Assembly: GCA_002104905.1 (NCBI GenBank)
Contig: MCFE01000122.1
Span: forward strand, 62,001 to 126,000
DNA length: 64,000 nt
DNA from: Basidiobolus meristosporus CBS 931.73
Lineage: Eukaryota; Fungi; Basidiobolomycota
Direction of reading: 5' to 3'
Position numbers and translations under genes: made by a program. The notes below the pieces were generated by a model. It searched no databases and was not told where the DNA came from. It worked only from the letters and a program-made list of their open reading frames with translations. Shown in pieces: positions 53,001 through 64,000 of this stretch (its first letter is position 1; each line of letters begins with the position of its first letter).

Positions 53001-53868
53001 TGAAACCTGTCTGTCAGGCTATTCAGGATGGTAACTATCACATCCTCATCAGTAGTTGGTATGACCACATATTCCATCTCATCCAGCAGCAGGGTGATTA
53101 TATTATTTAGATTATTAATTTCTTCTCCTGATAGCATCTTTGTAGTAAAGAACTCTTGTCTGAAATACATTTTCTTGGCAGCTAAACATGACTGGTAGGT
53201 GTCTTCTAATGCCTTCCAGGGACTCTTTGCTGTTTTTGCTCTTGAGCATTGAATTAGCAGTTTGTTCTTGACATTGAGGCAAATGCAGTTAAAGGCACTT
53301 TGTTCTTTCATCTGGTACTTCAAGGATCTCTCTCCCATGTTTTTAAGAGGGCATTCTACTCCCATGACAATATCCCACGGTCCTCTTTCTTGAAGTAACA
53401 ACTTCATCATCACCTTTCATACTTGGTAGCTATATCCATCCAAGCTTTCAGTAGACAGAAAAATTCCAGTGATAGCAGTAGTAAACACTGCAAAGAGTGA
53501 CACCTTGGGGCTTATAACATGCTGCCAGAATCTTGGATATATTGGAAGTAATTGGGAGATCAAGTAGAGTATGCGGACTTCACTTAATGATCTATTGAAT
53601 GTAAAAGTAGTATTGATACTTTTACACAGTATTGGCATAACAAACACATAGAATAGGTTGATGAAGGTCTCAAGAGCATGTGTGCAAAGTTTGGGGCTGT
53701 TTGGATAACTTTGAGAATTTTCATGTTCTGGGTACCTGATATATTGGTGAAAATATTCCAAGTAAATCCAGACAAGGAATTTGGTCAGTATTCTCTAGGA
53801 TTGGAAGGTAATGGTCTCAGTGACTAAGCTAGGAGAATATTTAGGTGGAATTTTATACTTCTACAACA
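44065..53868 (-). mobile_element. Decayed Ty1/copia, family A (outer copy)
   Basis: 5' LTR 53520-53868 with degenerate PBS. Partly deleted 3' LTR ends at 44304 next to the polypurine tract. Candidate TSD TGCAA at 44060-44064 and 53869-53873; left boundary less certain. Confidence 0.82.
45965..50632 (+). mobile_element. Full-length decayed Ty1/copia, family A (inner copy, opposite orientation)
   Basis: LTRs 45965-46307 and 50290-50632, PBS 46308-46320, polypurine tract agtgggag. Near-matching TSD CACCA/CAGCA. gag-pol fragments 46350-50278. Confidence 0.92.
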
Positions 53869-54899
53869 TGCAAAAGGTCAATTTTTCCACACTGCTGCCA
53901 TTTTGATAGCCTCATTGCAGGATCCTGATGGCTGGCCCATATTAGATCCAATCATGTGACTTATTGCCTTCATAGGGTGAGTGTGAGACATCTTTTGGCC
54001 TGCCTGAGTATTTGAAATATGGAAAATACAGTGATAGCTCAGAAGTAGAAGACTCACCAATGAATTGTGAGCCTAACTTCCCTCACAACAGTATCCTGCA
54101 AGAAACCTGCAAACCTCCATATGCAACAAGATATCACCTGTGGAAAAAATGCCAATCATACTCTATGGAGCCAAGTGAGCCCAGTAATCCACTCAACAGT
54201 AAAGGATGTGATGTTGTGGCCCATAAAGTGATGTGTTTTCACTAATATCAGTAATAGGCCCTATGAAAAATAATTTGGTCCCACGGATGGATCTGGACCA
54301 GATCATACGTCAAGATCCCGTTTAGAGACCATCATAATAACAGCAGCTTGGAATTAGTGACCTTCCTGACAATCTTATAACAAGATCATGACGATGTTTT
54401 GCAAGTTTTACAGCCAAATAAAGGGATAAAGCATGACAATTTTTGATTGGTGCTGTGACAATATTTGCATGGCATTGTTGCGGTTTTTCAGCACGCTATT
54501 ACTATTTTGAGTGGATCCAGTTGCATGCACACCTGCCGCAATTGACATACTTCTATCACCTTGACTTTATGGCGTTTTGGTGTGATACTTGCAAAGTTGC
54601 CATATACCTTGTACTGCTGGTGGCATATACATCTTGCAAACATATGCTTGGTTGTTGCCACTTTGGCCAGGAATACCTCCTGAATATCCGCAAAGAACTT
54701 CTTGGTACTTAGCCAATATATTTCTTCTCCCTGCTAGATTCTAGTCCCCCTTATAGGTGCACTCTGGCTCTTGTTTGTGTGAACTCTGTATTGAATGGTG
54801 TAGAAGTTGGCTTGTGACCACAAGAAATCTGGCATATCTTGGTGGAGTTTTCCTGATAAAAATTAGTTGCTTGTTGCACCCAACCCAACTTTGCATTAC

Positions 54900-57134
54900 T
54901 TACCTGATTACCCACACATTGGGGCTGCTTAGCTTCTTAATGCCATAGGCATAGGTGTCTCCATGTGCACATTTGTCCTCAGTATTTTCCAACTCTTTCT
55001 GGCTGTTGTCCATGTGCCAACTCATCACATCCGTGATGGACTTGAAGGTAATATTCTTGATGAGATTGGGATATGGTAGTACCTGCAACTTGACTTGTCT
55101 TCCTATCTCCCCACACATCCGCTCCATAGGAAACTCCCAAAAGGTGAAGCAAGGCCCAATATTCTCCACACACCATGCAAGATGGGGTAGAGAATGTATA
55201 CAGTAGCAGCAGAGACCTACGCATTCAGCTTTATGTTTGTAGTATAGCCGCTCAAATCCCATCACAAACTCCTCACACAACAGCTGTAGATGCATCAAGT
55301 TGCCATTGGTGATCTGCTTCTGGATAAATATTCCTACAATGTCCACATATGACTCCCAATGCTTCCAATGTACTCTTGGTAGGAATGGCTTCAGAACACC
55401 ACTTGAATAAATACATGTCCAGCTCATCCAGTCTTTGCATTTGTATTGTTGCATATGCATATGAATATTAATTGGAGCCCATGAGAAGTACTTAGGGTAG
55501 CAGATACTCTGTAATATCTTGCCAATTCTTTCAAACTTCTCCAGCATCTTGAAGGGCTCATTTAGCTTGAAATGCCCCATGTACAACTTGGTCATCAGTA
55601 AAGGGGTATTGTTGAAAAGCAAATGCATTGCTCCCAGTGGAAAGCTTTTGCTCCAACAGATACCCTCTATCTTAAGTATCTCCGGTTTCCAATTGATTCC
55701 ATATTCTGGCCAATGGCTTATAGCTTGCCAACTATGCTGCAATTGCATGCTTACTTCTGTATGTTGTCTCTGTAGAAAGATGATGTTCTTAGTGCTGGTG
55801 CTTGGGTAATAATAATGTGTGTGAGTTATGGAGTAAATCCCCTGGATCTCACATATTTGACAGCAATACTTGCCATTGTGCCCGGAAAAACCTGCTATCT
55901 TGCTGATGGCTGGGGTATCTCCAATGCAGATAATAATATGCAATTATACATGATGGCCATTTACCGTTATCCCACTGGAAAGCATACAAAATTCATTCAG
56001 CAATGGATACAGGTAGCTATCCAGGTTGGACGGGGATTTAGGCCCAGATACCAGTGAGACTAGCATCAGATTATTGCTTTGATACCGTAAGATGGGCGGC
56101 AGATTCAGAATGATGAGAATCAGTGGCCAGCAGGATTTGCTGGTAGAGTACTTGTTTAATGAGAATCCATCAAGTGCTAAAGCAAAGGCATGGTCATACA
56201 TACCTTCAAAGTAGCCCTTGCTTCTTAGCTGTTTGTAATGTTTGCCATCAAATATATTGGATATGTTTGCACTTGATTGATACTGAGTGCAGTACTGTAT
56301 AGCTTTGCAATATTTGTTGGACTGTATCAGCTTCCTCAGACAGGGTATGACTGGAATATGTCCGGAGTGTGACCAATGTTTTCCCTCAATGGTGGTGGAT
56401 TCCTGACAGTTTGGACATGTTGCAATGGTAGCATTTTTGGATGTGAATGCCATGCAACTGTTAACACATGCTGGAATCAAGACAGTCTCTAGATCATATG
56501 ATGCCAGCAGCATGACGGTTGTCCACTTGTACCATGTACATGGTAAGTTGCATCCCGGTATGATTTTGGCAAGAAGTAGTAATAAATCCTCAAAGCCCCC
56601 ATTACTGATATTGGTGGAAACGCTCCACTTCTCTAGCCACAACATTACATCATTCACCAGTAGATGGATTACTAGGCTCACTTGGCTCCATAAAGTATCC
56701 TTGGCATTTGTTTCAATGGGTGTTGTCTCATTGCATATAGGGATTTGACCAGGCTCATACGTGGTACTGTTGTAAGGGGAGATAGGCTCAAAATCCACCA
56801 GTGAACCTTCTTTGTCAGAGCTATCACTCTGCATGCCATATTCAGAAGGCTGAGGTGAGCCTAAAGGTGTCACAAACTCACCTGACTCAGTCTGCGCAAG
56901 GTGACAAAGACGGCCAGGTGCCAATATAGAAGTATCAACTGGCCAGCAAGATAATGTTGGTACAGTAGTGACCAATGAATGGTCAAATATGACTTGGGTG
57001 GCAAGACACTGGCCATAATCCTTGTAATACTTCCTATGCTGTCTGCATGCTTCATGGCTGAGTGGCTTGCCACAATAGCCACATGGTCTTTTTTCTCTTC
57101 TCTTATGGTGTTGAGTCAAAGTAGTCTTGTCCAT
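54900..57134 (-). pseudogene. CACTA-type transposase (Tnp2/Transposase_21 plus DUF4218-like), ~744 codons, one internal stop
   Basis: ORFs 55944..57134 and 54900..55943 are in frame and split by one TAA, where other copies read AAA. Motifs ALDGFSL, WPLILIILNLPP, GPKSPSNLDSYLYPL, GDTPAISK, HSLPHL, WEFPMERMCG. Confidence 0.9.
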
Positions 57135-57356
57135 GGGGCAAACAGTTTGACCTTCAACAACGTAATACTATTATATCACTTTTTGGTCAATACTCATGTG
57201 AACTTAATACAGTCTTGTATTTGAGACATTGCACCTACATGAATGTAAGATTCAATGATGACCCACCATAGTAAGCATTATTAATAAAGTTGTGGCACCA
57301 CATACACATGTATATGTAACACTATTTCCCCTTTGGTTTGACTCATTTCCATATAT

Positions 57357-59417
57357 ATGCTGCCAAAAATTAAAGTAAAGTCATCTGGTTCTCAACCAAA
57401 CCCCACCGCTGATGGCAACAGAAGAACGGTTGGACAACAGCTTGCTTTGACATTCAGTGCAACAAGTGGGGCTACATCCAAAAAAGGCCCTGTGGACAGT
57501 GTGCCCATTGAAGGTAATAATGCGGACTCCTCAGGCTCTCAGTCAAGTAGGCAATTGAGAACCTCTGTGGAGCCACAAGCTGACCGTTATGCTCAGGCAG
57601 ATGAGAATGTAGCAAACACAGTACCCTCTGTTGAAGATCAGCAAGTGGCCATGATAACATCACCACCACCCATATTAGCAAGTATGTTGTCAGCTCATAC
57701 CAAAGCATTAATGAAGCAATTAGGTGCAGTGGCTGATAGGATAGATGCAATGGCCCAGAGAAATCAGGAAGTAGTCCAGAAACAGGATGAGCGGATAATA
57801 TGTGTAGAGCAATCAATATCCCAGGTAGAGAAAGCAGTATCTTTGCTGCAAAGAAGGAACTCAAGTAGCTCAATGTCACAGCCAAGAATTGAGCCATTTC
57901 CCAATGTAACAACAGAGGAACACCATACAGTCTTCAAAGCACAACAACAATGCCCCAAGATAAAGCCCACAGAAAAACCTATCATAGCATGGAAAGGAGA
58001 CAATGTGGTGTTTATACCAAAGCCTAAAAATCAAAAGAAATTGAAGATCCATGAAGCTGTTGAGTGCAATAATGAAGAGTGGGCTAATATACAAGAGGCC
58101 GTCAGAAGTCTAGCACACCATCACCTTAAGGCCAGCATACCATGGGACTATCAGGAGCTCAAGGCCAAGCACAATATGCTTGACTTGTTCCATGAGCATT
58201 ATCCTGGATTCAAACAGGCAAACAGATTTTGGGCCAGCATTGGTATGCTAGGAAAGTATCTGAAGAATAGCAGAAACTATCAAAGGCAGAAGTACAAGGG
58301 TGCCATGGCTAAAAACCAGTGGCTTCCTCAAGAGCCCATTACAAGCAGGGCCAAAAGCTCCAGACAAGCGTCAAAGAGATGTCAGGCAGCTAGAAGAGTG
58401 TCAATGAAAGACAAGCAGGCAGACATGGATGCACCAGCACAACATTTATCAAGGAAAAAGCGTAGTACCACTTAAGAAGCGCCCTGTTAAAGTAGCAGTG
58501 AAGGACCTGGCAGTGATAAAAACCAGCTGCTTTTACAGGAGCCCGTCACAACTATGGTTGAGAGGTCAAAACAAGCTGATAAGAAACATCAGGTTGCCAG
58601 AAGAGTGCCAGCAAGGGACAAGCAGGCCAAAACAGATGTGTCAGAGCAGAATTTATCCAGGAGAAAACGTAGTTCTTTACAAGAAGCACTCAGACATAGT
58701 AGCAGTGAAAGACCTGGCAGTGATAAAGGAAAAGGTAAAGGGAAAAATGTCTACCCAAGCCTGAGACAGGGAGGCATGCAAAAAAAACCGCAGATCTTGC
58801 CAATTAATGCTGCAAGCCAGGAACAGACTGAATCCCATCATAGCCAAGAGTAATTACCAACAAGAAAACAGCTGTTTTCACAAGAGTTGGAAGCGCAGCC
58901 AGTTGAGCTACACTCCAGCAAGGTAGATGAGTTTGCTGAAAAAGGCAATTTGTCTACCACAGCCTCCATTGTTGATAGAGTGGAGATCCCACTGACAGAC
59001 AAGGCTACAATGTCAAGAGCTCAAAAGACTATCACAATGCCTTCAGTGGAGTTTTGGAACATTAATAGGCACACCAAGAGGTTGCAGCACTTCTTCAAGA
59101 GTGGTGCTCAAGAAAACACACTGGAATATAGCAAAGATTTATTACAAAGGCTGGCAGATGAGGAGCTAGACCTTGCAGTGCTGGCTAAAGACCAGGACAT
59201 GTGGGAACCAGTGATTGAACAGTGGCATAAAGCCATTGGGTTCCGGCCAAAGTCTTGGAACCAGAGCATTACAGCAGAAATACTTATTGAGTGGTGGATT
59301 TTAATGGAGTTACTTGTTGAGTGTGGGGTTGGGCTTAATGTTAGTGTAGGGTATAGAGACTTGTATAGGTCAATACAATTGGCAATTGAGGTGCAACTGA
59401 AGTTTCAACGGAAATAA
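57357..59417 (+). pseudogene. Partner protein of the CACTA-like element, ~686 aa, unknown family, two internal stops
   Basis: ORFs 57357..58475, 58554..58853 and 58887..59417 share one frame. The stops at 58473 and 58851 correspond to CAA and GAA in sibling copies. Confidence 0.8.
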
Positions 59418-62400
59418 ATCAATTTGTACACATGAAAAGTAAGAGAAACAGTTGAGTCAGGAAGTAAGGAGTGTGAAAAAGAGGCAATAGCCAATCAATT
59501 CACACAAACATAGGAGGCGATAGAGTGTCCGGGATCAGAAAGTGAGCAAATTGGCAGGGAACCAATCAAAAGCCACTTATACATTGTTGTGATGAAAAAT
59601 TTTGACAAAGTTTTTTGTGAAATCTGGGGTGCAATTATTTTTCAACAGTCTCTGGACTGTGTCCTGACAAGATCAGTACCTCTCAGTCATGGGACATTAA
59701 CTTTGTGATGGCCTTTTGATGGGATCATCTCAATAATTTTTCATAGGGAGGGGTTTTGAGGATTTACTGCTACTTCTTGCCAAACACATTCTTGGATGCA
59801 ACTTATCATGAAAGTGGTACAAATGGACAAACATCATGCAGCTGGCAACATATGTGCTTGAGACAATACTGCTACCAGCATGTGTTAGCAGCTGCATAAC
59901 ATTTGCATCACTAAATGCCACCATTGCAAGGTGTCCGACTTGTAAGGAATTCACTTCTACAGGAGAAGACATTATTCACATTCTGAATATTTCCCAGTAA
60001 TACTCTATCTGCAGAAGCTCATGCAGTCCAGCATATATTTCAAGGCTATAAAGTACTGGCTTCAGTGCCAATCAAGCACAAACATTTCTAACATATTGGA
60101 TGGCAAATATTTCAAACTACCAAGGAGCAAGGGCAATGTTGAGGATATACATGGCCATACATTTGCTTTGGCACTTGCTGGATTCTCATTAAACAAGTAT
60201 GCTAACAGCAAAGATAACTGGTTGCTGATTCCTATCAAGCAGAGTCTGCCACCAATCCTATGGTATCAGAGCAGAAATTGTATGGTAGTCTCACTGTTAT
60301 CTGGAGCCAAATTCTGTCCAACATGTATTGCTACCTGTATCTATTGCTGGATGACTTTTGTAAGCTATCCAGCAGGATGCTAGCAGATGGCTATCAAGTC
60401 AAAATACTTATTTTTATCTGCATTGCAGATACCACAGCCATCAGTGTGACTATTAGCTTTTCCAGGTACAATGGATGGTATTGCTGAATCAAGTGTGAGA
60501 TTTTGTGGATTTATTCCAAACACACACACATTAGTTTTATCTAAGCATCAACACCAAGAGCATCCTCTACTCAAAGAGTAATTGTACAGAAGTTGGTATG
60601 CAGTTTTAGTAAAGCAGGCAGGCTACAATTCATTGGCCAGAATATGAAACTCATTGAAAACTGGAGATGCCTAAGATAGTGGGAGTCAGTAGGAGCAAAA
60701 GCTTTCTACTGGAAGGAATACATTTGCTATTTGACAGCATCCTAATACTGATGGCCAAGTTGCACATGAATCATTCTGAGCTAAATGAACCCATTAAGAT
60801 ACTGGAAGGATTTGAAAGAATTGGTAAGATACTCCCAAATATCTCATACCAAAAGTACCTCTCACAAGCACTAAATAGTTTTTCATACTCATATGGAACA
60901 ATTCAAAGGCAAGGATTGGATGATCTGGATATGTATTTATTCAGGTGGCCTTCTGAAGCAACTTCTACCCAGAGTGCTTTGGAAGCAATAGGAGTCATGT
61001 GTTGATAATGTGGTAATATTAATTCAGAAGCAAATCACCAATACCAATTTGGTGCATCAACAGCTATTATTTGGGGAATTTTTGATGGGATTTGAGTGGC
61101 CCTACCACTAGTATAAAGCTGAGCGCATACATCTCTGCCATCATTTTATCCATCCTCTACCCCATCTTGCTTGGTGTGCAGCAAACATCAGACCATGCTT
61201 CATCTTTGGGGAGTTTGCAATAAAGTGGATGTGTGGGGAGATAGGAAGTCAAGTCAAATTGCAAAAATACTATATCCCAACCTCTTCAAGAATATCACTT
61301 GCAAATCTGTCATTGATGTGATGAGTTGGCACATGGAGGACAACCAGGAAGAGCAGGAAAATGCTGAGGACAGATGTGCACAATGAGGCACCTATGCCTT
61401 TGGTATTAGGAAGCTAAAAAGGCCCAATATGTGGGTAAACAACTAAGCAAGGCAAAGTAGGATGAAATGTCACAAACAACTAATCCTTATTACATTGACT
61501 TAACCAGAATATGCTGAGTTTCCCCTGAGTACAATCCAATTTCTGCACCATTCAATATGGAATTTGTACAAACAAGAACCAGAGTGTGCCTACAAGGGGG
61601 ACTAGAGTCCAGCAGGGAGAAGGAATATATTGGCTAAGACAAAAATGTATCTTGTGGATATTCAAGAGGTATGCATGGCAAAGGTGATGGCAGCCAAGCA
61701 TATGTTTGCTAGAGGTATATGTCACCAGCAATATATTTGCAAGATCTATATGTTACCAGTAGTACAAGGTATGTGGCAACTTTGCAAGTATCACACTAAA
61801 AAGCCATAAAGTTGAGGTGATAGAAGTATGTCAATTGCAGCAGGTGTGCACATATGTATAGGTTAATAAGCAGGAGGCTGTAGTTTTTTTTGACTTAAGC
61901 TATATATGGAGTACCCATGGTAGAAGTGGGTGAGCAAATAAGCAGGGGTGATTTTATAGTGGAATATATGAATGGTGTAAGTGGAGGTAGATACATGAAA
62001 TATCATTTGGTGAACTGGTACAATAATATTATAGAGGACTAGCTGTAGGCTGCTGTACAGCCATAATGATGCCAATTGATATCTGTATCAGTGCCATCAA
62101 AGCACCATGAAATTGCTTGCCATACAGGGCAATAGCATGTACTGGCTGGTTAGGTCTGCTCAAATAAATATAGACCTCATTAAGTTCATCTGAATGCCCT
62201 GCAACTAGGTTGTCAAAACACCTTCAACTTTATTACTTCATTTGGTGATAAAACAGCAATATACCTCATGACCCCACCATTAGATCATAAAGAGGGTCAT
62301 GAATTCAAGCTGTGGGCATTATAATGGCCTCATGGCAGGATCCTGACAGCTGCTCTGGATCAGCTCCACCTGTGGAACCAAATTATTTTTCATAGGGGTT

Positions 62401-63106
62401 TTGGTGAAATCTGAGGTGCAGTGTTTTTCAATGTTTGCACATGGTGTCCTGATGGCATCAATACCTCTTGGTCAATGGAACTTGGCTTTGCAATGGCCTT
62501 TAGATGGGATCATCACAGTTATTTCTCATAGGAGATCTCATATAACCCTTTCAGGTACAGGAGCAGAGTATATTCAATATCTCCAAAATTCTTACAATGG
62601 GGGTCAAGCTTACAACTTTTCAAGAATAGTGATTTGGGATGATATCTGATCCTCATGCTACATGAAACATATAGGCTATCCTAAACACTCCTCCAAGGCA
62701 AGCCTAGCCACTTGTCTACTGAGCCATTATGAGTGATAAAAGATTAATAGCTGTATTTGGGGTGGAACACCATTGCATATAAGCTGAAGATGCCATCAAA
62801 AAACCCAGGGAAAATACACCTTGAAGTTCTGATAAGGTTAACAGAGGTGCATTACAGTTAGGATGTGTACACTACCATTGAATTGCATATTACATAATAA
62901 TGGAGGCCAAAAGTAACAACTATTACAAAGCTGGCTGGGGTGCCCAAGATACGGCTCAAACCAAAATTTAGTTGGTAAATACGATTGTGTGCATTTGGTA
63001 CAACAAACCATTTCGCTGGGGATTTGATCTACAGGTCAATGGCGTAAATCCGCATCGTGTATTGTCAGGAGTAAATAACAATTTGGTTGTACTAGAACTG
63101 CAGTAA

Positions 63107-64000
63107 TCAGAACCGGGGATTCATTGTTGTATATTTGGCTGGGTTACTGTGCTTTGGTAAAGGTTGGATTAAAAGTCCAGTATATTGAGCGCGTTTGCCA
63201 AGCTATTGTACACTTACATGTCTGAACTTCGCCTCATAATGCGGGTTATGCTTAGTAGGCTTCTCACCGTACGAGACTAGCGATGCTTCATCTGCGTTCT
63301 GTGCGTTGAATATATTTTGCTGTAGATTCGAGGCGATCAGTTTACGCTTGAGTTGATCGTATAAACCCTGATGCTCAGAACGTCAGTAACCATGTACATC
63401 GAAGCTCCCTGCGCTGAAGCGTACTTGCAACTTCTGCAGTTGATGCAACTTTTCGAGGTATTGTTGGTTGATATCCCAGCTTCTCCTTTTTTCGGATTCT
63501 TTTTCGTCTTGTAAGGCTAATACGGAAACGTTGGCCCTGGCTCTGACTCTGAACAAAAGGGGACGTTGGATCCGGGAAATCCCTACCTAGAATGGCTTTT
63601 TGCATCGCTGTTGAAACGGGACGGGATGCGCCCATTAATACAGAGTCATGGTAGAAAAAACAACGACTCTCCTACTAGAAATCTCGAGATTCGCGTCATA
63701 GGCTACTGCTTGAAGCTTGTTTTCCAAGAGGATGTTTTGTCTTTCGAAGGATTTCGATATAGCTTCTTGAAAGTATACCTCCTGTGTTGTTTGATAAGTC
63801 CAGAATGCAAGCGCCCTGGAACATATCTCAATAACAACCTCAGGTCGTAAGCCTGAAAGAATTGACTATCCTCAAAGGAAGCGACACTTCAGCTAGTGGG
63901 ATTAGTTACCATATGAGTAGGGAAGTACCGATTTATATCCTTCCGAAGGGTGTAAATCAATCAAGGCTATATCGTTTCTAATGAAGTAATGTTGAAGGAT
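63107..64000 (-). CDS. HEI10: HEI10/CCNB1IP1 meiotic RING E3 ligase, partial (RING-coding 5' exons beyond window end)
   Basis: Exons 63977-63929, 63865-63676, 63607-63587, 63516-63425, 63367-63218 and tentatively 63151-63107, joined by in-phase GT-AG introns. Spliced product includes DLHPSEGYKSSILSGLRPEVVIEICSRALAFWTYQ and EKLHQLQKLQGLYDQLKRK, matching remembered human HEI10 motifs GLRPEIVLDISSRALAFWTYQ and QKLQGLYD. Confidence 0.92.

Larger units (their letters stand above)
54259..59748. mobile_element. Complete CACTA/EnSpm-like DNA transposon with CCCTA termini (5490 bp)
   Basis: 13-bp TIR CCCTATGAAAAAT at both ends, 3-bp TSD AGG at 54256-54258 and 59749-59751. Two divergent genes. Confidence 0.93.
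53978..62397 (+). mobile_element. Older CACTA-like copy hosting the complete element
   Basis: Transposase remnant at 53978-54258 continues at 59752-~61450. Terminus ...aaattatttttcataggg ends at 62397. More terminus-like ends at 53977 and ~62532. Confidence 0.82.

Noticed and set aside
54895-54905. GTAAGT intron donor extending the transposase
   Set aside because: The donor is present in this copy only, while sibling copies keep the TAA stop, so an extension is unsupported.
62540-62950. Possible gene between the last transposon end and HEI10
   Set aside because: No convincing frame or motif; CpG-poor like decayed repeat.
63375-63850. ORF-track entries 63375..63635(-) and 63566..63850(+)
   Set aside because: They are off-frame or antisense readings across HEI10 exons and introns.

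Overview
Eukaryotic window, probably fungal (57-70 nt GT-AG introns, fungal-type transposons). About 62 kb is nested transposable elements, strongly depleted of CpG. One host gene sits at the right edge: an intron-split meiotic crossover gene HEI10/CCNB1IP1 (minus strand, 5' end outside the window), which the ORF track misses. Elements resolved by termini and target-site duplications (TSDs): three copies of one Ty1/copia family, one inserted into the RT catalytic motif of another; a second copia family remnant; an intact Ty3/gypsy with identical LTRs; a decayed gypsy with an extra ORF after pol; two LTR families seen mainly as solo LTRs, one sitting in CpG-containing sites; a PIF/Harbinger-like element containing a 450-bp perfect inverted repeat; and many self-nested copies of a CACTA-like DNA transposon with CCCTA termini and a divergent ~686-aa partner gene of unknown family. 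No tRNA, rRNA or CRISPR features were seen. Family assignments rest on motifs recognised by eye, not on database searches.
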